A DNA stretch of 46,673 nt from Amoebophrya sp. A120. Lineage: Eukaryota > Protista > Dinoflagellata. The DNA is taken from assembly GCA_905178155.1 (NCBI GenBank), contig CAJINV010000006.1:105415-152087 (forward strand), read 5' to 3'. The notes under the pieces are model-generated. The model was not told the origin of the DNA and made no database searches. It worked only from the letters and a program-made list of their open reading frames with translations. Both the position numbers and the translations under genes were made by a program. Every line of letters starts with the position of its first letter. The first letter of the stretch is position 1. Positions 24,102-36,923 of the stretch are shown here, piece by piece.

Positions 24102-25773
24102 ATCTTCAGGAAAGAACCAGAATCCCCTCTCGAGAATGTTAATGTTAATCGAAGATCTCCTTGCTGTCACACTTCATCGGAGCAGGAGCACACAGCTCAT
24201 CGGATCGTAAATGTTGTGAAGGACCACGTGAAGAGGAACATCAAAGCTTGTATGATATCTTTTTGGAACAACAAAATCAAAGCTTGTATGAGAAGATCTC
24301 TTCGGAACAACAACAACATCACCAACTACATGTTGACGTCGAGCTGGGTCGTGGCGGACCATAATATAGCGGTAGAATGTAAGTCATGTCCTGGCCTCGT
24401 CACTAGAAGGCAACAAGTTTATTGGCACCGGGACGACGACGAGAGGGTGAAGAACACAGTATTAAATCGTCTTTGAAGAAGCTGATGATGAAAAGCAGCC
24501 CTTGTTGTAAAAATCAGTGGGCATCAAGAATATTTTTATGTACCGGGACGACCACCACGCTGGGAACATCAAAGCAAGAGATCTGCTCCTCGATTTGTCT
24601 CTACTTCTGCCCTTGCTGTGGCTTGGACACTGATGGGAAAAAAGTTCTTGCTGTAGTCCTATTCAACATTTTCAGGTCCCTGTACTACTGCAAAACCGGT
24701 AAACAGAACCGCTTGTCCTGTCAGTCTCGAACGAATCTTCGAGCTGTGACATCAAGGGAAGGCTTTGCGTACAGGAGAGTAGAAAACGTCTGGTACACAT
24801 AAACACCCTGGGCGGGGGTTGTGTTGAAAAATGCGAAACTCTTCTACGTCAAAAATCCATTCATCTACGAGCATGTTGTTCTTGTAGTATTCATACAGCA
24901 CTACAACTAGTACCCTGCCAGCATTCCGAAATGGATACATATGCTGTGCCAGTTTTCATAAACAGTTCAGACATCGTACACGATGGCAAGCAGCGGTGGT
25001 ATGTGATATGGCGCTTTTGCTACGCGCACTCGATTTGTTCATATATGTTTTTTCTACTGTATGTATCTGTATGCGTATGGAGAGCGAGAACAACCTGAAA
25101 CGTGTATTTAGTGCCTTTTATGTAGTTTCGATATTATATTTTTGAAAACGACGCTGGGCCTAGTGCCACTCTTGACGTGAATAAAAATCTAACTTTATTT
25201 GCTGCGGAAGAGATTGTTGTAGCTCCCAATGTGTTGACGAGCAGCAGGAGCTTCGTGATACCGTTTCGAGAAATTTTCGAAAATTGTGAAGGAGCAGCGT
25301 TGTCGCATTTTTGCGGCATAGCTTGTCTCGTTCTGATAAAAGTAAACCACTGTTAATATTGGGGCGAGAGTTTTTAGAATGTGCTTTTCTATTGTTCAAA
25401 GAGATGAATTTAACAACCTACGGCATTTTTGCGATTCACGTGATATTAGGCATTTGGCAGAAAATCAATTCTTTCTGCCACTAAAAATGCCAACACTCAG
25501 TTACGTCTTCAATTTGTTTAGCAAAAACCACTCAGAAGTCAAGTCTTTATATCGTTGCTCGCAGCATCAAAATTTCTAAGTGAGCTTTTTGTAGTCCTTG
25601 ATAAGCTCGTCGAACTACCCTCAAAAACGTATACAACCATTCGCCGGGTCCTTCGGCCGAGAAACGTATACAACCGTTCGCAGAGGGCCGAGAAACGGCC
25701 CTCTTTACTGAAGAGGGGCCGCGAGCAAAAGAACTCGCGCTCGAGCCCCTGCGTTTTCTGTGGGGCGAGCCAT

Positions 25774-28700
25774 CTATTGTTCGCCAGTTTCATCCGGCTG
25801 AAAGGAATAATAGCCAAAATCACTATCCTGAGTAAAAACATCCCCACACCAGAGTCAAGATGGGGATTTCGCAACACAAACCTAGAACTTTTGGGGGTCA
25901 CGCATCACAAGTTGCAGTCCGTAGTGTAGTGCAGGTTCGCAAGGCAAGCTGCATCAGAAATCCATCTGCTCATCCTGTTTACAGCATTACAAATTCCAAA
26001 ACACGACTAAAAATGCCTCTCCTGGCGATGCGCATTACAAATGTTCCTGTGCTTGCAAATCTGCATGACAACTCTGGTGTGGGGACGTTTTTACTCAGGA
26101 TAATCACCGTAGGGTCCAGACTCTCCATGGTAATGACCAAGCGCAACTAGATATGCAAGAAAAAAAGTGTGTATAGTGTAACTCTGTCATGCAGAACATG
26201 CAACAGAGTTACACCTGTCATGCCAGACAAGCATGAAGTCCTCTTTTTATTTGTGTTTTCCCTTACAAACCACGCATGAGAGGTTTTCTCTGTCATGCAG
26301 AACAAATTTGTGATGCTGTTCCTCCAAGAAAGTTACACTTACACACTTTTTTTCCTGGATACTAGATGGTCCGTGAGCAACGAGCTGCCCGGCGAATCAG
26401 TTACATACCGGCTAGCGCTCTCTTCAGAGTACAAATCATCCTGTTGGCCCAGCGAATCAGTAGCGCTCTGTTCATCGTACAAATCCTTCCGTTGGCCACC
26501 GTCGTACATACTCTGTCCTCTGGGTTGTTGTGTCATCTTATCCCGAGCAGCCCCTCGCTGCCACACTCCTGGCGGCTTGCTTCTCCCGCGCGAGGGCGAC
26601 CGGGCGCTCTGTTCAGGGTACGAACCTTTCCGTTGGTCACCGTCGTACATACTGTGTCCTCTGGGTTGTTGTGTCATCTCATCCCGATTTTTATCCCGTC
26701 GCAGCCACACCCCTGGCGGCTTGCTTGTCCCGCGCGAAGGTTGCGACCGGTTTCTCTTTCCTCGCAAGAGCTGCTTAGTAGGATTTTTCTGCCCTTGTTC
26801 CAGAACGATAGCACTGTCTTTCCCGGGAGCAGCAGCCGCTTGCACCATGCCTCCGTCGAAAGAGGGCGGCTGCGCATGCTGCGGCGAGTCAGGACGAGAC
26901 CCTGGCGGCGACGGGCCTCGTGGGGGGCGAGCCACGTTGAAAGATCCGGCGTCGGGATGGTGTGTGCTCGGTCCAGCTATGTTCGCAAAATCATAACTAA
27001 ATTCGCCAGAATAAAACTCCTCTCCCGGATGAAGCAGTGATCCAGCTTCTGCTCCAGCTCTTTTCTGCGGCGGCACATATAGTGGAGGCTGCTTCGTCCC
27101 TGTTGCTGCTCGTCCTCCCGGACTGGTTTCTTCAGCAGGTGCATTTTTTACAGAACCCGCCCCCGCTTGCCCTTCCACCTTTCCGGGGCGTAACGGCCCA
27201 CCGTCCGCTCTCTTTGCAGGAGGGGGGACCACGCTTGTGGTCCTGCGGGCGGGTTGCTGGTCGTGCCTATGGGCTGCCCGAGAGGTTGACTTTTCGCGCG
27301 GCCGCTGAGAAGTCGTGTGTTGTTCCCTAGCCGCCAGCATCTTCTCGTGGGCCGCCTGCGAAAACCTAGGCTCCCCTGAAGCACGTCGTAACGCCGAGCG
27401 AAACAGGTCCTGCGAGGATTGCGCGTGGGTCGTGGTGGTGGTCTCAGCACGACTACACAGTTCTTGATCACCAAAAATGTTATTTGTCTCGTGCTCCGCC
27501 TCCGGCGCAGAAACAATCTCCTTTGCTGCCACTGTGTTCACGGCGCCCGACGCAGTGCTTGCAGTGTTACAGTCTGGGAAGACCGCCGGGCCCCCTCCTG
27601 CCTGTGGCGTAGTGGGAGTGGCACCACTCGTCCCTGTAGTATCTGCAGGGCCGTGTAGTTGTCCGGGAGGAGGTGCTGGCACGGAGGTGTAAGTAGCGCA
27701 GGGGCTGCACCAAGCCCACGTGTAGTTGTTCGGCATAGAGTTGCTGCCATCATTTTTTCCCGGGTCGTTGTACGGAGCTGCTGGTGCGGCCCACACGAAA
27801 GGACAAGGGGATACAACTAACGGGGATGGCTGTGCCTGTCCCGGAGAGCAGTGAAGAGCCATTGCCGGATTATGATGCGGCATCACCTGCCACATTCCGC
27901 CCGCTTGTGGCCACGGAGGACTGTAGAACTGCACATTTGCTGCACTGCTGCCGGGGCAATCTCCACCTGATACAGTAGTAGAAGTCGCGCCACAAGAACT
28001 CATCGTGACGTCAGCCGAAGAACGGGGTTCTCGGTGCGCAGAGTGGTCGTGTGTTGACCTCGATATCGATTCGTCACTATACCCATCTTTAGTGGTGGTC
28101 GAAGAGGGAGCTGCCACTGCAGCCGGCGACTTTGGCGTTTGCTGTGCGGCAGTGTTTTGATGTCCAGCAGGAGGTGCTGGCACTCCAGGACTGCTGGACG
28201 GGCAGGAGCCACGCTTTAGTAGTCCTACGCCTGCCGCGTCGACCACACGAGCGCTGCCTTGTTGCTCGAGCAGTCTCTGCTGCTCATGCAGTCGCTGCTG
28301 TTCCTGCAGCAATAGTTGTTTTTTCTGCTTTTGTTGTTCCAACAACATGCTGTGCGCTCGCCTTTTCATTTCGTCGTTGTGTGGACAGTTTTCCGCAATC
28401 CGGCATAGCTGTATGGAAGTGTCAGAGGCGAAATTTACAAAATCGAAAAATTTGTGATGCACAAAATCGATGTCAGTTGGAGCCTCAGTTTCCATGTGGC
28501 GCATGACAAATTTCGGAAGTACCCAAATCCAGTCTGTCATGCTGTTTGGGCAAAGAAGACTCCTCCTGTAATGCTACTCTGGCAGCACTACATTGCATAC
28601 CCCTAAACGGGCTTACAATCGGTCTCATTTGCCTGCTCCCCAATACAGGCCTTCAGTGCCGTACATTTTATGCATCGCAAATTTTTCGCTTTTGTCGATT

Positions 28701-29832
28701 TCGATCCTGACACATCCATAAGCTGACCGGTCTTTGTATCCAGATCACACATGACCACGGCCCACCCGAGTTATGCATTGCAAAGAGGTCTGGGTCTGGA
28801 AGAATACAAACTTGTGATGCGCATTCCAGAACACAGAAAAATCTCCCATGTATAGGCAGCAAAAGTTGCCCACTTTCTGTCACCAAAATGGGGGATCTGT
28901 CATGCGGATTCGGCATTGCGGAAGCTTCTCGAAACCTGTGATGCTAGAGCTTCCGTGCCAGACCTTCTTTGTCATGCAAAAACAGCCTGACTCTTCCAGA
29001 CTGACCCAGCCATTTTTACATTTGATACGAGTTCTTGGCACGCAACGTCATTCGGCGGCGTAACACCATCCGATTTCTGGAGGTGAAGCTTGCCGTCCGG
29101 GCCCAGGACGGCGTAGTGACCGGGCGAGTACCACACGACTTCACCTCCTGGGAGGACCGCACCTTTTTCGGTTCTTTCTCCTGGACACAAGCCGGGGGAG
29201 GAGCTCCCGGGGTGGACCACTTGCCCCGGTTGCGGCGGCGATACGGGAAGGTGCTGCTCCAGGTGGATCTGCTGTTGCTGGGGTTGCTGCTGCTGCTGCT
29301 GTTCCTGCTGCACCATCGATCCTCGTGTTTCCTGCGCAGGAGCCGGAGCACCAGAGGCCGTTTGCTTGTCGTCCCGCTGCGTATTGAAACAAGAACCTGG
29401 CAAGAACTCAGCTGTTGGACGACGACAAGCGGGGTCGATCTTCTCCTCTTCGTTTTCTTTTGTGCGTTTCATAAAAAGTTTCGTGTTCCGCTCGAACCGA
29501 GAAAAGGCTCCGCGAGGACGCGAACACGTTGCTGGAGTAGGCGCAGTTGTTGCTGCATCTTCACCTCCCTCGAGGACACCACGTCCTTGTGCTCCTCCTG
29601 CGCAGCAAGGGCATTCTCCGTTGGTCCCGGTCTTGTTGTTCTCCGCAAACCCGGTGGTGCGCAGGGCATGGGCGTCAAGGACATTGTGCGAGATGAGGCC
29701 ACTGATGTTCAGCTTCAGGGCGAAAAAAACAACTGCACACGTGGTGGTCGCCGACCAGGGTAGCAGGTTTAGGACCATCGTGCGGGCGGGCACAACGCTC
29801 GGCCTCCGGTAGTAGTTCATCTTGCTGTTCAT
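25774..29832 (-). CDS. Q/P/S-rich hypothetical protein with hydrophobic N-terminal segment and a 47-aa internal repeat; 4 introns
   Basis: ORFs 28972-29868 and 26339-28540 join in frame after removing 28772-29027 and 28412-28720 (VACQELGWAVVMCDLDTKTGQLCRIAENC). Removing 26152-26361 and 25824-26102 leads to a TAG at 25774. All four DRs are perfect. Confidence 0.75.
26152..26361. mobile_element. Introner family D (representative; about 5 copies), TIR TATGCAAGAAAAAAAAGTGT
   Basis: DR CTAGA here. Others: 20232-20449, 32436-32661, 33475-33683 (inverted), 35535-35740. Confidence 0.9.
26462..26745. repeat. 141-bp coding tandem duplication
   Basis: gtcgtacata at 26501 and 26642; encodes (SRGxSKPPGVW...MTQQPRGxSMYDGxQRKxxYxEQSA) twice. 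Confidence 0.85.
28412..28720. mobile_element. Singleton introner, TIR TATGGAWGTGTCAG
   Basis: Perfect DR AGCTG; frame restored on removal. Confidence 0.85.
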
Positions 29833-30599
29833 CTTTTCGCGAGGGAATAGAGAACTTTTCGTCAGCACTTTCTTGCGTCGTTCTCAGAAAGCGGCGAGAC
29901 AATTCCAGGTTACTTTCTGATCTGGATAAATGCGCTTCGCGACTTGCTGTTCCGAGTACGGGGGAATTCCGAGTACTACTATTATGTATGCCGGGTGTAG
30001 AGCTGGCTGTGATAAAATCTTTTGAATGTATGAAGGATGTGACACGACCAGTGCCAGGAACGATGGCCGCTTTGGCTTTACTTAAGTGGCTGCTCGTGTA
30101 AGCTGCTTTTCCGAGTGGTTGGTAGTGACCTGTAAATTGTAAAAAACTATATGGTGTAATAAAATTTGGAACAAAAATAGATTTTTGTCTACACGTGTAG
30201 TAGTTCTGGTTCGTCTTGGCGTAGTTCTTGTGGATAATTTATCCTCAAATCAAACCGGAGCGAAGACACGCTGTTCACTCGCTTCTTCGTCGGTATAATC
30301 ACTGGCCGTGGAGTTCGTGTGGAAGAAAGATTTCAAAATTACGTATTAAATAAAGTGAATTCGGGACTAGTATTCGGATCTACTTCAGGATCGATATAAT
30401 TACGTCGCGGTAGATGAACACTTGTGAAAGAGCTGGTGTGAAAAATGTGTTCGTGATTTTGTTGTATGAACTCGGTCTGACGGATGCAGTGAAAAATGTT
30501 TTATAGCGTATAATTCTTGTCCATGTCGTGATCATCGAGCAAAAACAACTTTTCTGGAAAGATATGAGTCCTGGGTCTTCTTGCTGTCGTGCCAGCACT

Positions 30600-30857
30600 G
30601 TTATTTTCGGGACCCTCGCCTGCTCCTACACCGGGCGGAAACAGCCGCCCAAGCAGTCTAAAATCTGCCATGCCTGTATTGGAGCGCACCCGCGGGTGCG
30701 CTCCACTGTGGACCCAGTTATTTTCGGGACCCTCGCTGGCTCCTACATCGGGCGGAAACAGCCGCCCAAGCAGTCTAAAATCTGCCATGCCTGTATTGGA
30801 GCTCCAATGTAGACCCAGTTATTTTCGGGACCCTCGCTGGCTCCTACAACGGGCGGA
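30600..30857. repeat. Intergenic tandem repeat, about 2.4 copies of a 100-117 bp unit with palindromes
   Basis: gttattttcgggaccctcgc at 30600, 30717 and 30817. Hairpin ggcgg-aaacag-ccgcc. Perfect palindromes at 30680-30705 and 30795-30808. Confidence 0.9.
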
Positions 30858-31359
30858 GCCAGCATCATCACGCTAGCAACAACGCCGAAAAATAGAAACT
30901 CAGGACGACGCTCTGATTCGTTATTTCGCACTCCTCGGAAAGATGAACGCACAAAAAACCCAGATTGCTCTAAAAGCATGATGACCAAATGAACACACGT
31001 TCAGCACTACTATAGACAGCTAAGATTCGCCGCAAATCCAAATCGCTCGGTCGGGGTGTGTGTTTATTCTTGTGCTATTTTGGCCTTGCTGTAGTCTCGC
31101 CGTGCAACACAAATATACGTGCAACTACACAAATTTTCCGTCAAAAGATATTGTGGTCTCTTATCATACGGATAGAATGTTGGTCTTGCCTCCCAAGGTG
31201 GGCGAGATTGGTTTTTTGCACGAACAATAACACTCCTCACCCCGTCGCAGCCGCAGGGAATGTTATTGAATCTGCGTGACTTACGATAAGATTAAGAGGG
31301 TATTAGTAGTACAAGGACCTTATGATCAATAAATTTTTGCAACATCTTCACGAGCAGTT

Positions 31360-34300
31360 CTAGATGGGGATGTAAAGTGTTGCGTTCGTATGAATATTGT
31401 CCATGTCCTCCACTTATCAACCGCAACAATGTCTGGGTCTGGAAGAGTCGGGACTTGTCATGCACATTTTGCATGACCCGTGAGGTCTCTGATGCTGGTG
31501 CTAGCATCACAGATTCTTTGAGAGCTTCTTGATGCAAATTGCGCATGAGAAATGCCCTCTCCGCGTGCCAAGAACTGACTCCTCTTGCTGCTCATGCAAC
31601 ACAGATATTTTTAGAATCCGCAGACAGCATTACAAGTTCCACTCTTCCAGACCCAGACATTTTTGCTATCCATACCACTCGTGTGATATCCCAGGCCCGT
31701 AGCGACTGCTTGAATTTTATCATTTGTAAAAACGTCCCCACACCAGAGTCAAGATGGGAAATCTGCTAGACAAATCAGCCAGCTTTGGTCATTTCGCATG
31801 ACAAGTTTCTCCTCGTAGTGTAATCCTGTTTAGGTAGTTCAGCAGCATCACAGATCTAGTATATCATGCAGATTATAGCATCACAAATTCCAAAACACGA
31901 CTAGAAAATGCCTCTCATGGCGCTACGCATGACAAACTTTTTTGGCATGCAGATTTGCATGACAACTCTGGTGTGGGGACGTTTTTACTCAGGATAAATT
32001 TTGCCGCCTGGAAAAACATGCTTGCCATGTTCCTCACAGTGCTAACGTCCCACTTATCCATATCCTTTGTAAAAAAAACGTCCCCGCCCCATAGTAATAG
32101 CCAAGATGGGAAATCTGCGTAGAAAAATCAACAAGCTTTGGCTGATGTTGCGCATGACAAGTTTGACCTCGTAGTGTACCTAATCCTCTTTAGCCAGTTC
32201 AGCAGCATCACAGATCTAGCATATCATGGTGATTGGGGCATTACAAATTCCAAAACTTCTACACGACTAGAAAATAAGAATGCTTCTCATGGGACTCCGC
32301 ATGAGAAACTGAAACATTTTCCGCATGCGGATTTGCATGAAAACTCTGGGGTCAAATTCTGGGGTGGGGACGTTTTTGCAGAGGATAGTCCAGCGGCTGG
32401 TTAAATTCCCGGGCGGTCATAAACATCCCTGACATTATCGTGAGAAAAAACTGTTGCAGTTACACACTCTGACGCAACATCAGCAAGACAGACAATCTCT
32501 GTCATGCAGGAGATGCTTGCCAATGCCAGCTTCATTTCATTCGTCTTTTCCGTTATAGTCATCTGCGCATTACAAGTTTGCTTTGCCGTGCAGAGCAAGT
32601 TTGTGATGCTGAAATTCCAACAAATGGGTAACTGTTATAACTACACTTTTTTCCGGTGATAGACATGTCCGTCACATTACTGACGTTCCAGTCATTATCC
32701 CACGAAAAAAATGTTTCACTGTGGTGATCCTGCAAAATCTGCATCACGACAAGTTTGCTACGCATGACACTGAAAATCTGTCATGCGGGGTTCCTATCTA
32801 CTTAAGGGAAAACACAGCTAGAAATCAATTGTCTTGCCTGTGTAGCATGACACACACTTCTGCGTGCGATCCATTTTCTGCATCACAAGTTCACAGTGAA
32901 ACAGTTTTTTCTTGCGATAGTCATTCAAGGGCTGGTTGAAATTACTTATGCATTGCAAAAGCACCATTGCACTCGTATAATAAATGCAGTACAAATTTAC
33001 TCGGCATGAGAAATAAAATTTGTAATGCGGATTTGCCTTAAGAAAAAGATTTGTAATGCATGACTGCAATCGCTACGAGTACGATACTTTTGCACAGGAT
33101 ATTACTCGCGCCAAAAAACATCCGGTCCATCGTTGTCACGCTGAAAATATGCATTGCGATTATGTCTGGGTCTGGAAGTAGATTCCGAGATTTGTCATGC
33201 AGTTTTTCCAAGCTTCCTCGAGTCTGGAATGCGGGGCCTAGCATCACAGGTTCTCTCTGCAGCCCCTCCGTGATGCCTATAATTCTGCATGAGAAATTCA
33301 TAGCCTCTCTGCATGGCCAGAAGTGCGCACCTTTTGCCAGTCATGCAACACAGATCTTTGCGTGATCCGCAACTCGCATCACATCAATTTCGGATCCTTC
33401 CAGACACAGACATATTTGCAATCCATAGGAAACATCCCAATCTTGGATCGGCTTATTGAAGTTCACCGCACCGCTATCCAAGAAAAAAAGTGTGTTAGTG
33501 TAACTATCTTTGGCTGACAGCATCACAAATTTGCTCTACATGACTGAGTAAACCTGTCATGCGTGGCCTGTAAGGGAAAACACACATGAAGCGAGGACTT
33601 CATGGTTGTCCGGCATGACAGACGTGAGGCTGTTGCATGTTCTGCATTACAGAGTTACACTTACACAGTTTTTTTCTTGCATAACCGCTGAACATGCCAA
33701 CCATGGTTTTCGCGCCACTGATATGCATCCCAAAAAATGTCTGGGTCTCCTGGAAGATTTGGAGAGTTTGTCATGCAAATTGTACATGGCCTTCGAAGAT
33801 GCATTCTCTAGCATCACAGCTTTCGCAAAGGTTTGCTTAAAATCCCTGTTCTGCATGAGAAATGCCCTCTTCGAGTGGCAACAATCCGAGCGCTTTTTGC
33901 CTCTCGTGCAATACAGATTTTTGTGTGAAGATCGACAGCTGGCATCACAAATCCCATTCTTTCCAGACCCGGACATATTTGCAATGCATAACTGACGTCC
34001 CACTGGCTTATGTCCAGGTCGAAAAAGAAGGCGCGGGTAAATAAATTGGAAAAGTCTTCCACCTGCGACAGGTCCCAAATGCGGATGGGCCCGTGCCTTT
34101 TCTCGATCTCGAAAATTTCCCGGACCTGCTATCGTAAGGAAAAATCCCTTCACCCCATATCGAAACGGGATTTCTATATGCTGGATTTGTGTACACAAAT
34201 GCGCTTTGTATTGCAGGAAGGCATTCCCTTGTCTTCTTGCACGACAAATGTGATTGGTGGTCACAAACCAGCAACACAAATTTTCGGAAACATACCTTTA

Positions 34301-36010
34301 TTTCAGTATGGGGAGGGGAGATTTTTCCTCGCAATAGCTGCTGCTGATAGGAGAACTCGTCGTGGACACGGGTCGCCAGACTGTCCTGTTTGTACGGAGT
34401 ATCAAAAGGAAAAATCCACCTCCCCATATCGAAAACGAAACTTCTGATGCTGTATTTGAGTACACAAGTGGACTTGTAATGCTAGAAGACCAAGGGCCGC
34501 AGTGGTGGCCTCAATGGGAGGCAATTTGTCATGCTGCTTCCCACTTCCAGCTGCCTCCTGTCATGCTGAAGATGCAAAGGTTTATTCCCACGCCACTCAG
34601 CACTACAGTGTCTACAGCTTTTCCCTTCTAGCATGACAAAGCTGATTTGTGACCACAAATCTGCATCACAGATTTCCGTTTTGTTATAATTGGTAGGAGG
34701 GATTTTTCGTCCTGATACGGGGTCAAAGCGGTTTCGAGGGCTTCGCGAGTGGGGATCGGGTCATAGAGGCGGACGAAGTAGCGGACAGAGAGAGGCGAGG
34801 AAAATAAATGTTGAGCTACAGCATTTTTTTGTAGTGTTGATCCACCCGTAGGCCGTCGTTTCTGGTCCTGCAGATGATCAGGGGTCCTCTGCCTCGATAG
34901 TGGTACTTTTTCCCGCTCAGCCTCACTACTGGTCGCGCTGGTCAGGTAAAAATTTATTTCGGAACCAGCATCCTCATCGTCCGCTCTACAAGAACCGTAG
35001 CTGTGTTTACTGTCCCATGCTGAGTAAAGATGTCCCCACACCCAAGTCAAGATGGGAAATCGGCTAGACAAATCAACAAGCTTTGGTTGTTTCGCATGAC
35101 AAGTGTGCTCCTGTAGTGCAGTCCTGTTTAGCTAGTTCCGAAGCATCACAGATCTAGTATATCATGCTTATTCTAGCATTACAAATTCCAAAACACGACT
35201 AGAAAATGGATCTCATTGGGCTTCGCAAGAGAAACTTTTTTGGCATGCAGATCTGCATGACAACTCTGGGTCTGGGGTGGGGACGTTTTTACACAAAATA
35301 TCTCCGTGCGCGCTGCTCGGAGAAGGTTCAGCTGCGTTTCTTGCGGAAGGATGCTGGTGGTGTTTATGGTTCTTTGCGACGTCTTCTCGTCTCCAGTCCT
35401 GCCATGGTCCACAGCCTGCTCAAAAGCTCGGAAAAAGTTCTCGTCTTTCCAACTCCCGGAAGACGGCAAGGCGTCCGTGTTTCCGATAACCGTTTCGCCG
35501 TCCTTCAGAAACAGAATAATGTTTTCCCAAAAGCTATCAAAAGAAAAAAGCGCGTGACAGTTACACATTTGTAGTCAATTCAGCAACACAAATTTCTCTG
35601 CATGATAATGCAGAAATCCTACGGGAAAACACCTATGAAACGACGCTCCTATGCATATCCGGCATGACAGAGCTTGTCTGTCTTGCTTGGCGTGCAACAC
35701 AATGTCTGTGTAACTGTATTAACACTTTTTTCTTGCGATAAAAGCAGCGATGCCGTTTCGACGCGGTCCCGTTCTCGTCTAGCGTACTAGCAGGTGCAGC
35801 GTGAACTACCCGGCCAGCACTTCCTGCTCTGACCGCCGCCGCTACGGCTTTGCGTACTTCTTGTACCGTTGTGACCTTCGTCTCGAAAGTGTCTGCAACG
35901 GGCAGTGCCTCATCGGAAAGCGCGTTGCGAACTTTCAGGCGGAATGAAAACGGGTCTACGTTCTTTGACGGAGGCTGTTCGACATTCTTTTCTTCCAGTG
36001 CGGACTGCAT
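31360..36010 (-). CDS. BspA-type leucine-rich-repeat (DUF285) protein, paralog 1; 13 introns
   Basis: Spliced product contains HGPIRIWDLSQVEDFSNLF...FDLDISQWDVSGAKTMVGMFSGAVNFNKPIQDWDVSSVTTMDRMFFGASNFNQPLNDWNVSNVTDMSGMFMTAREFNQPLDKWDVSTVRNMASMFFQAAKFKQSLRAWDITRVEDM. This is the DUF285 25-aa repeat (FNQPLxxWDVSxVTxMxxMF). Elements removed start at 35535, 35016, 34400, 34130, 33722, 33475, 33148, 32947, 32696, 32436, 32061, 31718 and 31415. Confidence 0.9.
32696..32919. mobile_element. Introner family E (representative; 4 copies), TIR TATCGCAAGAAAAAACTGTTTCACTGTG
   Basis: DR GTCAT here. Others: 1511-1719, 21502-21722, 42213-42407. Confidence 0.9.
32947..33101. mobile_element. Introner family H (2 copies, about 155 bp)
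   Basis: DR TTACT here; closely similar copy at 36966-37121. Confidence 0.85.
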
Positions 36011-36923
36011 CTATTCTTCCATGTGTTCAATATCTAAATATCCAAGTAGACCTATTTGAAGATCTAGGTGTGGCTTATTTTCAGGAGGGTGAGAACATCA
36101 ACATATATTCTTTTCCCTTAGTCTGTCTAAGTACTACTTGCTTCCTGTGTGGGGTAAGTTTTTGACCAGCAAAGAAAAATCCTGTACTTACCACGACTAC
36201 CGAATCATCTTCACAGCTATGTAACTACGCCTGACTGCCTCAAGGCTCGCTCGGGGGCATTTTCATACGGGCCCTCTTTCTAGTTTTCGTACTAGCGCAT
36301 CAGGGGGACGGACGAGATCTGAGGGAAGGTAATGGGGGTAGCACACGTTTAAAGATACTAGTCCGCATTCTTATACCCAATATAACCAATATCATGAAAC
36401 GACCAAATCCGAAGTTGAAATGTCGGACGGACAGGAGCTGCGGACTTTGAATCGACCTCTCAACCAAAAGTTGATTTTTTGCTGTTTCAAAGCCCTTTTC
36501 TCGCACTGTATAAAAAATGAGTCCAGATTTTGGCACGAGGTTTTCTACTCAGAAAAAAAACGCAACCGAGTTTTATTTGTAGTTCCCCCACCGCAAAACA
36601 AATGCCTAAACATCAACATAAAAGAACACACATGTAGTTCACCTTAGCACTGCACGACCAGCACAACAAGGCAGCACGGAGCTTGCGCTCAGAGCGGTTG
36701 AAGGTCAAACCGCCCGAACAGTCAGTCGCGGCGATTTTTGACGGATAGATTTTCTCCGAATATCGAATTGCAGCAGGAGCCCATCGAAGTGAAAGGATCG
36801 CACAAAAGAGGCAGAAAAGTATTTTAAGAAAATGAAGCTTGTCCGCTTTGTCAACACGCGGGATCAACAGCCGCTTCTGCTTCTGTAGTCTTCAGGGACG
36901 AGAGCGCTTCAACATCGTCAACA

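Noticed and set aside
24235-24325. ~36-39 bp duplication (atcaaagcttgtatga...ggaacaacaa) in a short plus ORF
   Set aside because: Two copies only, with no supporting gene structure; ordinary slippage.
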